From the NCBI GenBank assembly GCA_040954595.2, contig CM082593.2:10987477-11051476 (forward strand): a stretch of 64,000 bases of DNA, in the 5' to 3' direction. Position numbers and translations under genes: made by a program. Below, piece after piece: positions 15,001-27,026 of the stretch (positions are counted from its first letter, which is position 1; every line of letters begins with the position of its first letter). Under the pieces are notes generated by a model. The model worked only from the letters and a program-made list of their open reading frames with translations, made no database searches and was not told the DNA's origin. Source of the stretch: Balanoglossus misakiensis. Taxonomy: Eukaryota > Animalia > Hemichordata.

Positions 15001-17882
15001 AAATTTCGTCGATTTTTGAAAAAAAATCATGGGTAAAAATCATCAAAAAATGACACATTTTCGATTATGCAAAATCTCAAAATTTCGTCGATTTTTGAAA
15101 AAAAATCATGGGTGAAAATCATGAAAAAATGACACATTTTCGACTTTGAAAAATCTAAAAATTTCGTCGATTTTTGAAAAAAAATCATGGGTAAAAATCA
15201 TCAAAAAATGACAAATTTTCGTCTTTGCAAAATCTTAAAATTTCGTCGATTTTTGAAAAAAATCATGGTTGAAAATCATCAAAAAATGACAAAATTTTCG
15301 ACTTTGTAAAATCATAAAATTTCGTCGATTTTGAAAAAAATCATAGGTTCGTCGATTTAAAAAAAAAAACATGGGTGAAAATCATCAAAAAATGACAAAT
15401 TTTCGACTTTGCAAAATCTCAAAATTTCGTCGATTTTTGAAAAAAAATCATGGGTAAAAATCATCAAAAAATGACACATTTTCGATTATGCAAAATCTCA
15501 AAATTTCGTCCATTTTTGAATAAAAATCATGGGTAAAAATCATCAAAAATGACAAATTTTCGTCTTTGCAAAATCTCAAATTTTCGTCGATTTTTGAAAA
15601 AAAATCATGGTTGAAAATCATCAAAAAATGACAAAATTTTCGACTTTGTAAAATCACAAAATTTCGTCGATTTTGAAAAAAATCATAGGTTCGTCGATTT
15701 TAAAAAAAAAACATGGGTGAAAATCATCAAAAAATGACAAATTTTCGACTTTGCAAAATCTCAAAATTTCGTCGATTTTTGAAAAAAAATCATGGGTAAA
15801 AATCATCAAAAAATGACACATTTTCGATTATGCAAAATCTCAAAATTTCGTCGATTTTTGAAAAAAAATCATGGGTGAAAATCATGAAAAAATGACACAT
15901 TTTCGACTTTGAAAAATCTAAAAATTTCGTCGATTTTTGAAAAAAAAATCATGGGTAAAAATCATCAAAAAATGACAAATTTTCGTCTTTGCAAAATCTT
16001 AAAATTTCGTCGATTTTTGAAAAAAATCATGGGTGAAAATCATCAAAAAATGACAAATTTTCGACTTTGCAAAATCTCAAAATTTCATCAATTTTTGAAA
16101 AAATCATGGGTAAAAATCATCAAAAAATGACAAATTTTCGTCTTTGCTAAATCTCAAAATTTCGTCGGTTTTTGAAAAATAATATGGGTGAAAATCATCA
16201 AAAAATGACAAATTTTCGACTTTGCAAAATCTCAAAATTTCGTCGATTTTTGAATAAAAATCATGGGTGAAAATCATCAAAAAATGACACATTTTCGACT
16301 TTGCAAAATCTCAACATTTCGTCGATTTTTGAAAAAAAATCATGGTGAAAATCATCAAAAATGACAAATTTTCGTCTTTGCAAAATCTCAAAATTTCGTC
16401 CATTTTTGAAAAAAAATCATGGGTAAAAATCATCAAAAAATGACAAATTTTCGTTTTTGCAAAATCTCACAATTTCGTCCATTTAAAAAAAAAACATGGG
16501 GGAAAATCATCAAAAAATGACAAATTTTCGACTTTGCAAAATCTCAAAATTTCGTCCATTTTTGAAAAAAAATCATGGGTAAAAATCATCAAAAAATGAC
16601 AAATTTTCGTCTTTGCAAAATCTCAAAATTTCGTCCATTTAAAAAAAAACATGGGGGAAAATCATCAAAAAATGACAAATTTTCGACTTTGCAAAATCTC
16701 AAAATTTCGTCGATTTTGAAAAAAACCATTGGGGGAAAATCATCAAAAAATGACAAATTATCGACTTTGCAGAATCTCACAATATCGTCGATTTTTGAAA
16801 AAAATCATGGGTGAAAATCATCAAAAAATTACAAATTTTCGACTTTGCAAAATCTCAAAATTTCGTCGATTTTTGTAAAAACTCATGGGTGAAAATCATC
16901 AAAAAATGACAAATTTTCGACTTTGCAAAATCTCAAAATTTAGTCGATTTTTGAAAAAAAATCATAGGTGAAAATCATCAAAAAATGACAAATTTTCGAC
17001 TTTGCAAAATCTCAAAATTTCGTCAATTTTTGAAAAAAATCAGGGGTAAAAATCATCAAAAAATGACAAATTTTCGTCTTTGCTAAATCTCAAAATTTCG
17101 TCGGTTTTTGAAAAATAATATTGGTGAAAATCATCAAAAAATGACAAATTTTCGACTTTGCAAAATCTCAAAATTTCGTCCATTTTTGAAAAAAAATCAT
17201 GGGTAAAAATCGTCAAAAAATGACAAATTTTCGTCTTTGCAAAATCTCAAAATTTCGTCCATTTTAAAAAAAAAACATGGGGGAAAATCATCAAAAAATG
17301 ACAAATTTTCGACTTTGCAAAATCTCAAAATTTCGTCGATTTTGAAAAAAAATAATGGTTGAAAATCATCAAAAAATGACAAATTTTCGTCTTTGCAAAA
17401 TCTCAAAATGTCGTCCATTTTTGAATAAAAATCATGGGTAAAAATCATCAAAAATGACAAATTTTCGTCTTTGCAAAATCTCAAATTTTCGTCGATTTTT
17501 GAAAAAAAATCATGGTTGAAAATCATCAAAAAATGACAAAATTTTCGACTTTGTAAAATCACTTAATTTCGTCGATTTTGAAAAAAATCATAGGTTCGTC
17601 GATTTAAAAAAAAAAAAACATGGGTGAAAATCATCAAAAAATGACAAATTTTCGACTTTGCAAAATCTCAAAATTTCGTCGATTTTTGAAAAAAAAATCA
17701 TGGGTGAAAATCATCAAAAAATGACACATTTTCGATTATGCAAAATCTCAAAATTTCGTCGATTTTTGAAAAAAAATCATGGGTGAAAATCATCAAAAAA
17801 TGACAAATTTTCGACTTTGCAAAATCTCAAAATTTCGTCGATTTTTGAAAAAAATCATGGGTGAAAATCATCAAAAAATGAC
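1..17882. repeat. Satellite array, ~78-bp AT-rich monomer (AAAAATCATGGGTGAAAATCATCAAAAAATGACAAATTTTCGACTTTGCAAAATCTCAAAATTTCGTCGATTTTTGA) with higher-order repeats; runs off the left edge
   Basis: Continuous tandem monomers. The ORF track shows a 26-aa periodicity, and near-identical variant blocks recur at 23, 3054, 5616, 8411 and 10717 (periods 3031, 2562, 2795, 2306). Confidence 0.98.
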
Positions 17883-18900
17883 CATCAACTGAGTATCATT
17901 CAAATACTCTGTGCACAGTGGGTAAAGACACATTTGGTTTTTTAGGAGACTTTCATCAGTTGTAGTAAAATACAACGTGACTACACTATATACACCAATG
18001 AGAATGGCCATGTAATTCAGAGAGTGCTTGATATTAAAACTGTTTCATAGTTGTGGCCTTTACTGCTGATAATTAGGTTACCATAGATACAAGCCCAATG
18101 CAACGTGACAGGGATAAACATATGCAAAGACAAGATTTAACCCCACCTCCATAATCAAAATACTACCACAGAGGGCGCTATACTATATGACCATCAACTG
18201 AGTATCATTCAAATACTCTGTGCACAGTGGGTAAAGACACATTTGGTTTTTTAGGAGACTTTCATCAGTTGTAGTAAAATACAACGTGACTACACTATAT
18301 AAACCAATGAGAATGGCCATGTAATTCAGAGAGTGCTTGATATTAAAACTGTTTCATAGTTGTGGCCTTTACTGATGATAATTAGGTTACCATAGATGAA
18401 AGCCCAATGCAACATGACAGGGATAAACATATGCAAAGACAAGATTTAACCCCACCTCCATAATCAAAATACTACCACAGAGGGCGCTATACTATATGAC
18501 CATCAACTGAGTATCATTCAAATACTCTGTGCACAGTGGGTAAAGACACATTTGGTTTTTTAGGAGACTTTCACCAGTTGCAGTAAAATACAACGTGACT
18601 ACACTATATGCACCAATGAGAATGGCCGTGTAATTCAGAGTGCTTGATATTAAAACTGTTTCAAAGCTGTGGCCTTTACTGCTGATAATTAGGTTACCAT
18701 AGATACAAGTGGAATGGAACCGGACAGGGATAAACATACAAAGGCTAGGTTAACCCCCCCCCCAAATACTACCACAGAGGGCGCTATACTGATCATCAAG
18801 TCTGTACCATTGAAATAAATCTGTGCAGAGTGGGTAAATTAGGCATTTGGTTCTTCAGATTTTCATAAGTTGCACTAAAATGCTATGTGGCCCACTACAA
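17878..18900. repeat. 309-bp tandem repeat, 3 full copies plus a diverged partial copy
   Basis: ATGACCATCAACTGAGTATC at 17878, 18187 and 18496; degenerate fourth start near 18790. Confidence 0.95.
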
Positions 18901-20443
18901 GGACAAATAAGTCAAAAATGGCAAATTTGACGTTTACTTTGAGGTTGGCATGGGGCAAACGAGACAATACAAGAACACTGAAACTCAATTAGTGAAACAC
19001 TAAAGTTGTACTTTATTTCTCTAACAAACTTAGAGAAAATTTACATGGCCATCTTTTTACTCAGAGACCTGATGTTGAATTGAAATGTGGTAGTGCAGGT
19101 CCACATGAGTGCCGTGTACTAGCCTCTCTCTCTGCAAATCCATCCACAACTTGCGTGCAGATAGTGGGAGTCTGATGTAAGCAACTACTGCAGTTACAGT
19201 CAGGACGTAAGTGGGATAATTAAACAGCAGGGGATCATGCAATGCAAACACTTGAACTGGCCAGTAACGTTTGAATTGCTCATTTGCATACAGTTTTTCA
19301 ACTTTTTTCACAACGAAAGTTAAGCAACTAGCAACCCATTTCTGACAATTATTTCACCCCAGGCACATTACTGGTACTATGAGTGTACTACATGTGATTT
19401 TTCATGAAGTTTTATCGAGAAGAATTTCTTTACTTCCACTGACAAAATTGTGATCACGAAATTCAAAGTGACCTTGAAGTTACAAAAAAAAAAAATATCA
19501 GCCATACCCACACAAAAATTAACCCCCTCAGGTTTTAGAAACATTATTAAACTCCTCTATTCATAATTTTGACATGAATATATCCATGCCGAGAGTCAAG
19601 GACCACAATTTACTGTGCCATAGGTCAGTCCTGAGAAGTCAGTCAGCGTGAATAGTGTATAGACTCCGTATGTAATATGCTAATGAGAGATAACGACGCG
19701 TTGAAAAGGAAGCCATTACGTCATGGGTTAACATGCGTTGACCTACTTCAATGCATACACATATGGCAAACACGGCTGTACTCGTCGATGGCGAAGGCAA
19801 TTTTTACACCGTCATTACTCCACAACGGAGCGGCTCACACTATTATAATTTCACGGTAACTTAGTTCAATATCTTCCTAACCTACCCAATTTTTTTCAAG
19901 ACAAGAAATCTTTGCCGAGAGTCAAGGACCACAATTTAAACCAACATACCGAAACTGTCTTTCTCGGGAAATCGTCGTTAAAACTTCACGAAAAATCATC
20001 CTATCATTGACTATGGTGTTTCATACACGTCTTAGAAAAATGGGTGCACTACGATCACTTGTAGTACCGAAAATCTCCGTTTGAAAATTTTTCGAACTGG
20101 CCGTAACTGCCACTCAGCGACTTTCACATTCAAATAGATCTCTTTGATCTCACCGCCGTAATTACCCCACTTACGTCCTGACTGGTTAATACTTACAAAG
20201 TGTATAACCTCCAACACCCCATGGACGGTATCATGTCATCACCAGTAGCTATAGGTTCTTTTAACACCTTGAGAGAAAAAAATGGATTGTTACTGATAGA
20301 TTACAAAGCACTGACAATACAAGAGGGGGAGGGGTAAGGTTTGTTGAGAGTAGTTGTTTTTTGCTAAACATTAGTGAAAATATGAAATTATTGACATGTA
20401 GGATTTCAATTTTATGATGTAAGAGTATTTTATAATATCTCAC

Positions 20444-20615
20444 CGGGACTTCAGTTGTCGCTGTAGTATTTAACCCAAGTTTAACTGTGCCACCCACGTC
20501 CATGCATGGCAAGGTTTTCTCTCCCAAAAGTTTCAGTTTGGTATCCCAGTTACCATCAGTTGCACTTACTCCACGCCTTCTAAGTTGAATGCGATTTACC
20601 ATCACAGGATTCATA
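20444..20615 (-). pseudogene. Decayed exon of an OB-fold (RPA-like) gene, paralog of 24955-25161
   Basis: cacag|TATGAATCC acceptor and CCG|gtgag donor. Translation ...TDGNWDTKLKLLGEKTLPCMDVGGTVKLG-LNTTATTEV matches the + strand copy, with indels. Confidence 0.7.
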
Positions 20616-21094
20616 CTGTGGTGCAAAGACAATTAAAAACATCGATTGTAAGTCATTTAGTAGTGATACCATTGTGACCAAACCTCGTTTTAAAATACAT
20701 GTAATCTGTACTCGAAACTATCATTTTTTTCTTTCTAGAATATTAGAACGCGCTCAAAAATAAAAATGCGACCTGTAAGCGAGTGCCGCGTTTCAATTGG
20801 TACTGACGATAAACACCGCCACTCGGAGATAAAATCAACGTTTTTTTTTTTTTTAATGCAAGTGAACGCATGGAGGCGGCCATATTGAATTTAGGTTACA
20901 TCCCAAGACATTCCGACTGGGCTTCAGGTGGATTCGGGAAAGGTCTCTAAAACATAATCGGTCATCCAATTTTGTATACTAAATTTCTAAAAATGTAGGA
21001 CATGGGAGGTTAACATACCCACAATGACTACACACAAAAAAGGGCCCAGGCGTTTCGGGGTGCGATTGTTACGTACCTTAGCTCCATCATCTGC

Positions 21095-21908
21095 AACCAT
21101 GCAGCCAAGGAGTGGCAGTGAAATTGTGCCTCATTGAGGATACAGTCTAGATCCGGAATTCAGCCAACGGCAAACTGTTTAGCGTGCCTTGTATGCAGCA
21201 GGATGGCAACGTTCTGGAACTTAAATTCTGGAAAGAAAATCCGAAATAGCTGAACAGATAACAGAAGAGAGAATACATACAGCTCCGCAACTTTTCCACT
21301 GGAAGATATAATACCATTTGCCTCTATGATAGAGCAAAGGTATGTTATAATCGCACCCCGAAACTTATGGGCCTTTTTTTGCCGCAGTCATTTCGGGTAT
21401 CTTAACCTCCCATCTTCTGCATTTTTAGAAATTTACTCTACAAAATTGAATGACCCATTACATTTTAGAGACGTTTCCCGAATTCAACCGAAGCCTAATC
21501 GGAAGGTCTTCGGATGTAATCCAATATGGCAGCCTCCATGCGATCACGTACATTGAAAATCCATTGATTTCATCGCCGATTACCGATGTTTATCGTCAAT
21601 ACCGATTCAAACGCGGCACTCGTTTACAAGTCGCATTTATTTTTGATCGCGTTCCAATATTTTAAACAAACTAGATTACTGATAAAAATGCTCAAAATTT
21701 TTCCTCCAAATGCCACCTTTACGGATTCAGTCACACAACTTACAGACTACGCCAAACTTTTTTCCAGATCATACCTTGCGGGCGAAAAGCGATGGATATA
21801 CCTGAAAAATTTGTAACAGAATTGTATCATCCGCCACAAATAATGATATCAGAAGTCGAGATATCTCCACAGAAGAAGAGGGTGTGCGTTGTAGGAAAAG
21901 TCCATGAT
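21095..21908 (+). pseudogene. OB-fold gene fragment: coding exon ending at 21339, intron, and a 141-nt exon at 21768-21908
   Basis: ...KLFSVPCMQQDGNVLELKFWKEN...QLRNFSTGRYNTICLYDRAK|gtatgt, then ttccag|IIPCGRKAMDIPEKFVTELYHPPQIMISEVEISPQKKRVCVVGKVHD|gtgagt (open, phase 0). The first exon has indels and stops. Confidence 0.65.
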
Positions 21909-21937
21909 GTGAGTACTGTCAAATGTTGCACAAATAG

Positions 21938-24337
21938 CCGTTAAACCTGAAATATAGATTGAAAGTGGATATTGTTTTACACAATTTTTGAACATTGAAG
22001 TAAAGTATTAGAATGATGGAATCCGATAAAAAAAGTGAGTTGGTAATTTCGGCATCCGACTTCGTTATTAAAAATGGAAAGGTTTGCGATTCGGTTCAAG
22101 TAGTATTTGCAAGTTTGAAAGGAAATATTTCATTGAAGTACAGTGGCAACTACTGCATTATTGAGAATCTTTGAAATGTTGATGAACGGAGACTTATAAT
22201 AGAATAAATGAAAACCTACCTTTAACGGTGTTAGGGTTACTACACCTGACAGACCGCTGGTCTGCGTCCGACCGATTCTGAGCTCCTAGCTCTTGTGGAG
22301 ACATGCGGAGGTACAGCGGGTTAACGGTTAGGAAGTGTTGATGAAAGGAATGATTAATTACATAGGCCAATCAGGATCCTGGAGTTAGATATTCGAGTGA
22401 AATGGTGAAAAAACGGGAATGCCGATTGGTTCAATTTAACCGGAGGGAAATTGCTACATTATATGACGTCAGTTGCGAACGATAATGCATATATTAAGCT
22501 AAGGTTGAATCCGGTTTTTCCATCAAGCACAAGCATATTTCAGTCATAAAAAAAACGAAGAGAATAACACTAAAAAAATATTTCCTTTTTAAAAACTTCA
22601 CTATAGCATTATTATAATGATGTACGTCGTACATAAAATGATACACGTGACATCGACTTGTTCAGAGTTTTAAAACAGGTAGAGAGTGCCCATGGGTAAC
22701 CCGAAAACACACAAACCGGGTAAAAAATGAAAGTCCTGCGAAGGCCAGGAGTATACACTGAAAAATTACAATAAATCTAGTACAAAAGTTTGTATCCTCA
22801 CGAATAATTAACTCTGATTGCATAAGTTTATTTCCGTCTCATTAACTTCTGAAAGCAAATCACTCACTTGCCGGTAAAAGTTGAGTAAAATACTACATCT
22901 AAACTGCATAGCGATGGCGGCCCATAAAAATAATTGCCCAGTGTCCCACTCGCAATGCATAACTTTTTAGGCCAAGTGCTAATGATATTCGAATTTTCGA
23001 AGGTTACGCAATATACACATACATGTATAAATATTAATTTATGAACAATTTCCAGTGTTCACGCTGGGATTTCTTTCGTTCTAGTTTACTCGTTATATAA
23101 TGTACCAATTCCCTCCGGTAAGTTGAGCCGATTCCCATCACTTTGAGCCAATCGATATTCATGGTTTTTCAGCATTTCAGTCGACTATATTTACACATGT
23201 TGCATGTCTTTGCAGTTTTTGACTTGACGCTTACAACCGAGTCGCACCGCACGCAGTACTATCTTGTTGTCTTCATGTTTAGTTGTTGTTTTGCGCACAC
23301 TATTTGCACAAAAATATCTGCTCGTTTTGTTATCAACGATCGAGTATATGTTAGGAAGTCCGACATAGAGAACTTTGTTCTAAATATTCAATGCCCCACA
23401 AATGATATACTAGACTGCTCGACACAACACACCCCAGCCATACTCCATTAGTACACGCCACAAACACCGTATTTATACAGCCTGAGGGATTTCAGCTTCG
23501 AACTTATTGCCCAATCATATTCGACTATTTCCAACCAATCCCATTCTGACTAATTGACCAATCACACGCTTCGAGCATAATTTCCAAAAAAGGGAAAACT
23601 AACGAATTTGCTACATCTTTCCGGTTTCATCTTCAACAGTTTCCAACATTTTTTTGGACCCCCCCCCCCTCGATAAACACCCATACTCAAAGGGTAACTT
23701 CATTTAATTGTCAGTAAATAAAATCAATTCACAGTCTTATTACATGTACTATTTATAATATACTCAAATTTCCACTACAAAATATCTGTATATGTGCGTT
23801 AAATTCTGAAATCTTTCCACCCAAACCTCTAGTTATGCAAATTTAAATTGCTGTCTGTGTGTTCGCCTACGGTTTCTCATTTTCGGACATTCGAATCTAA
23901 CTCCTGATTAGCCTATAAACTTATTTCTTTCATCAACACTTTCTAACCGTTAACCCGCTGTACCTCCGCATGTCTCCACAAGAGCTAGGAGCTCAGAATC
24001 GGATGAACGAGACAAGCGGTCTCTCACGTTTAGTAACCGTAACACCGTTAAAGGTAGGTTTTCATTGATTCTAATAAGTCTCCGTTCATCAACATTTCAA
24101 AAATTCTCCATAACCCAGTAGTTGCCACTGTGCTTCAATGAAATATTTCCTTTCAAACTTGCAAATGGTAACCGAATCTCAAATCGCAAATCTTTCCATT
24201 TTTAATAACGAAGTCGGATGCCGCAATCACCAACTCACTTTTTTATCGGACTCCATCATTCTAATACTTTACTTCAATGTTCAAAAATTGTGTAAAACAA
24301 TATCCACTCTCAATCTATTTTTCAGGTTTAACGGCGT
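21938..24337. repeat. Inverted repeat: arms ~21938-22400 and ~23885-24337 (non-coding first exon plus intron of the OB-fold gene, head-to-head)
   Basis: For example, TCTTGTGGAGACATGCGGAGGTACAGCGGGTTAACGGTTAG (22291) is the reverse complement of ~23943-23981. Both arms carry an AAG|gtaggt donor and a ttcag|GTTTAACGGC acceptor. Confidence 0.9.
22360..23920. promoter_or_regulatory. Putative divergent promoter region between the head-to-head first exons
   Basis: CCAAT boxes (22365; 23511, 23535, 23558), TGACGTCA at 22464, octamer ATGCAAAT at 23835. Motif presence only. Confidence 0.3.
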
Positions 24338-25161
24338 TATGGCATCCCCGGCTCCCGGTCCCTCATCCCCAACCAGCCAAGGCGTGGCACTGAAATTGCG
24401 CCTCATGGAGGATGTCGAGATCCGGAATTCCGCCAACGGGAAACTGTTTAGCGTGCCTTGTATGCAGCAGGATGGCAACGTTCTGGAACTTTTCCACTGG
24501 AAGAGATAATACCATTTGCCTCTATGATAGAGCAAAGGTACGTTATAATCGCACCCCGTAACTTATGGGCCTGACTTTTTTTTTGCCGTAGTCATTTTGG
24601 GTATCTTAACCTCCCATCTTCTACATTTTTAGAAATTTACTCTACAAAATTGAATGACCCATTACATTTTAGAGACCTTTCCCGAATTCAACCGAAGCCC
24701 AATGGGAAGGTCTTCGGATGTAATCCAATATGGCAGCCTCCATGCGATCACGTACATTGAAAATCCATTTATATGATACAACCATGCCTTGTCAACTCAC
24801 CTCGGGTCAAAATTACTGCCATCGATTCATCATTTTGCAGTTCAAATTTTAAAAAGCAACTGACAAAAAACAACCACTCTTGCACTATTTCTCCACAACA
24901 TTTACTACTCGTAATTATTAACATTCAATGTTTTCCATTTTATTTCCACTACAGTATGAATCAGTGACACATACATCGAATTCTACAAAGAGACGTAAAC
25001 TGACCATAACTGATGGCACAAGAGATGCTGAAGTCAACCTTTGGGGTGAGAAAACAGCGCTGCCACTGGATGTAGGTGCCACAGTTAAACTAGGCCCATT
25101 GGTTATCAACAGATATAAAACATCGTCCACATTAAATACAACAGCGACAACTGAAGTGGAG
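24326..25161 (+). pseudogene. OB-fold gene fragment: ATG exon 24326-24537 (ATG 24339, internal deletion) and exon 24955-25161
   Basis: MASPAPGPSSPTSQGVALKLRLMEDVEIRNSANGKLFSVPCMQQDGNVLEL...RAK|gtacgt, then actacag|YESVTHTSNSTKRRKLTITDGTRDAEVNLWGEKTALPLDVGATVKLGPLVINRYKTSSTLNTTATTEVE|gtgag. KR..L.I.D.T....V.LWGE is an RPA-type OB-fold signature. Confidence 0.7.
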
Positions 25162-25179
25162 GTGAGACATAAAATACTG

Positions 25180-26570
25180 TTCCTGATGCTCCGTGAGAAC
25201 TGTCAGGTAGCCACGGTTCTAGGCGACATAGGATGGATGTCCACGGTACGGGAGGAGGCCATGCATGTATACGGGAAGGAAAAGACCGAAGCCAACCTGC
25301 CCGTACCATCCGACGCAGCCATAAAAACCTGCACACTACCTCGGGAGTTCAATCCAGGCCGCGTACGTGGGGGATTCGTTGGCCATATCTCCCCGCAAGA
25401 GCCCACAAGAACCACCACCGCAGCTGACGACCTGGAGGAAACTTTGAGCATCTTCCGGGATCCGCAGCTGGAAAAACAGGTACTCGGTGGTGACAAGGAC
25501 CAGGCGATGGAGGTGTCGGAAGGGCCAGACCCACCCCGCACCCGTGTATCACCCCCAATAGCAGTAGCGAGAGACGGGGGAAACCAACGGCTGCTGTAGG
25601 AGCCATCACCCCCACGCCAAGAAATGCTGCCGCTGCAGTCACTGATCAACCCATTGGAGCTGGAGGCGACGTTGGAGGCGGGGGAATATCTAATCCCCTG
25701 GGAACTTCGACGCCACCCCGGCAGCCCTACTAGGTCCAGATCCCCAACCCGGTCGCCGCGACCGGAGCGTTCTCGAGAGGAAAGGCGGGACCGCCCACCT
25801 TCCCGTGAACGACCATCCTTTTCACGCTGGGGAGATCTCAGCCCCAGACGTCGATCACCGATCCGGTATCCAACGCCGGAACCGCCCAAAGAAGACGAAC
25901 GCCGCTGGAGGAGCGCCAGGCCGGCCTGAAGGAGCCCCCTATCCTCTGTTCCACATTACTCATCAGGCCCTTCTCCATGTCCGTTCCCGGGAGGCCGGAG
26001 GTCCACGCGCAAACTGAAGAAACACGCCTTTCAGTGCCACCTTCCAGTTATTTTTACTGAGAAGCCGGTAGTATTCCGCAAGCGGGACGCGGTGGAGGCG
26101 TTAGAGAAACTCACCTATACTGGCTGTGTGGTCCAGGAAATGAAATACCCGACCTGCTAGACTTCTATATCCGCAGGGGCGGACCTGGACGGATCCCTAC
26201 GGAATCCTTTTGTTCACCGGAGTCCATGGTGATGATGAAGCGCCTGTGCGTCTTCCAGGGGTGGGAGGTGCCGAACAGGTTCCGACTGAGCTCCCCCACC
26301 ACACCAGCGATTCTCATCCACTGGCGTGTCCTTAGCATACTGCTGAGGTGGGTATCCCAATCACGACAGGAAGAATTCCGGGAAATCCGACCTCACCGGA
26401 AAACATCATCAATCCGGACACAGCAACCAGAGAGGACGGGGGCGGAAGCAGTCGCACAGAATCCATCGACGCAGGGGGAGCGAGGACGCGCCAGGGGTTT
26501 TTGATGCATTTTTTATCCCCCAAGCGTGCGCGGAGGAGTGCCGAGTGGAAGACGCACCCACCACCATAGA
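25180..26570 (+). pseudogene. GC-rich decayed ORF (Arg/Ser/Pro-rich region, CPFPG..TRKLKKHAFQCHLP and QGWEVP..F.LS.PTTPAILIHWRVL motifs), likely transposon-derived
   Basis: One frame continues through stops at 25597 and 25927, then shifts near 26115 into the frame of ORF 26226-26504. Sharp GC rise relative to the flanks. Confidence 0.55.
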
Positions 26571-26603
26571 TGACCTCACTGACTACGATGTTGGTGTCCC
26601 CCC

Positions 26604-26807
26604 TGTTATGTTTCCATCAACATGGGAATAATAATGCGATCATAAGGTATAACAACAACCTATTTATTGATCGGCTGAAAAGACTCAACAACGTGCTTCG
26701 CCTTATCTGGGCGGAAGTGACGTCGTACAGCAATTCATAAACAAGTGGAACACCAACAATGCAACACTAGAGGGCGCTATATTGATCGTAGCTGTCAGAA
26801 TACTACA
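26604..26807 (-). repeat. 3' LTR (204 bp)
   Basis: TGTTATGTTTCC...GAATACTACA. I see a single substitution versus 31288-31491 (CAACGTGC vs CAATGTGC). Confidence 0.97.
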
Positions 26808-26820
26808 TCCCCTCTTCTTT
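26808..26820 (-). other. Polypurine tract
   Basis: Minus strand AAAGAAGAGGGGA directly abuts the 3' LTR. Confidence 0.9.
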
Positions 26821-27026
26821 AAGATAAATTGTTTCAAAACTCTTTTTGAATACGAATGTCACTGTGAATTGTCCTGTGCAAACTCTGCATTCATCTTGAA
26901 TCAGTCTTTGTCAAAATCAAACGCAACGAACATGAAAAATACTCTGGGAAAAATGTGATAAATTTTCCTCTGTATAACTCAACTTTCTGTGGAACAAATG
27001 GCGTATCTCAATATCAGAAAAAGCTA

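Noticed and set aside
23-17562. Dozens of ORFs (MGENHQKMTNFRLCKISKFRRFLKK... and antisense)
   Set aside because: Translations of the 78-bp monomer, broken by A-run length variation; no coding signal.
1-17882. CENP-B box in the satellite (TTCG ... CGGG words)
   Set aside because: Spacing between TTCG and CGGG does not fit the 17-bp box.
24928-25599. 223-aa ORF as a single gene
   Set aside because: Chimeric read-through of intron end + OB-fold exon + donor site into the unrelated GC-rich ORF.
25203-25889. 228-aa minus-strand ORF
   Set aside because: Antisense shadow of the GC-rich plus-strand ORF.
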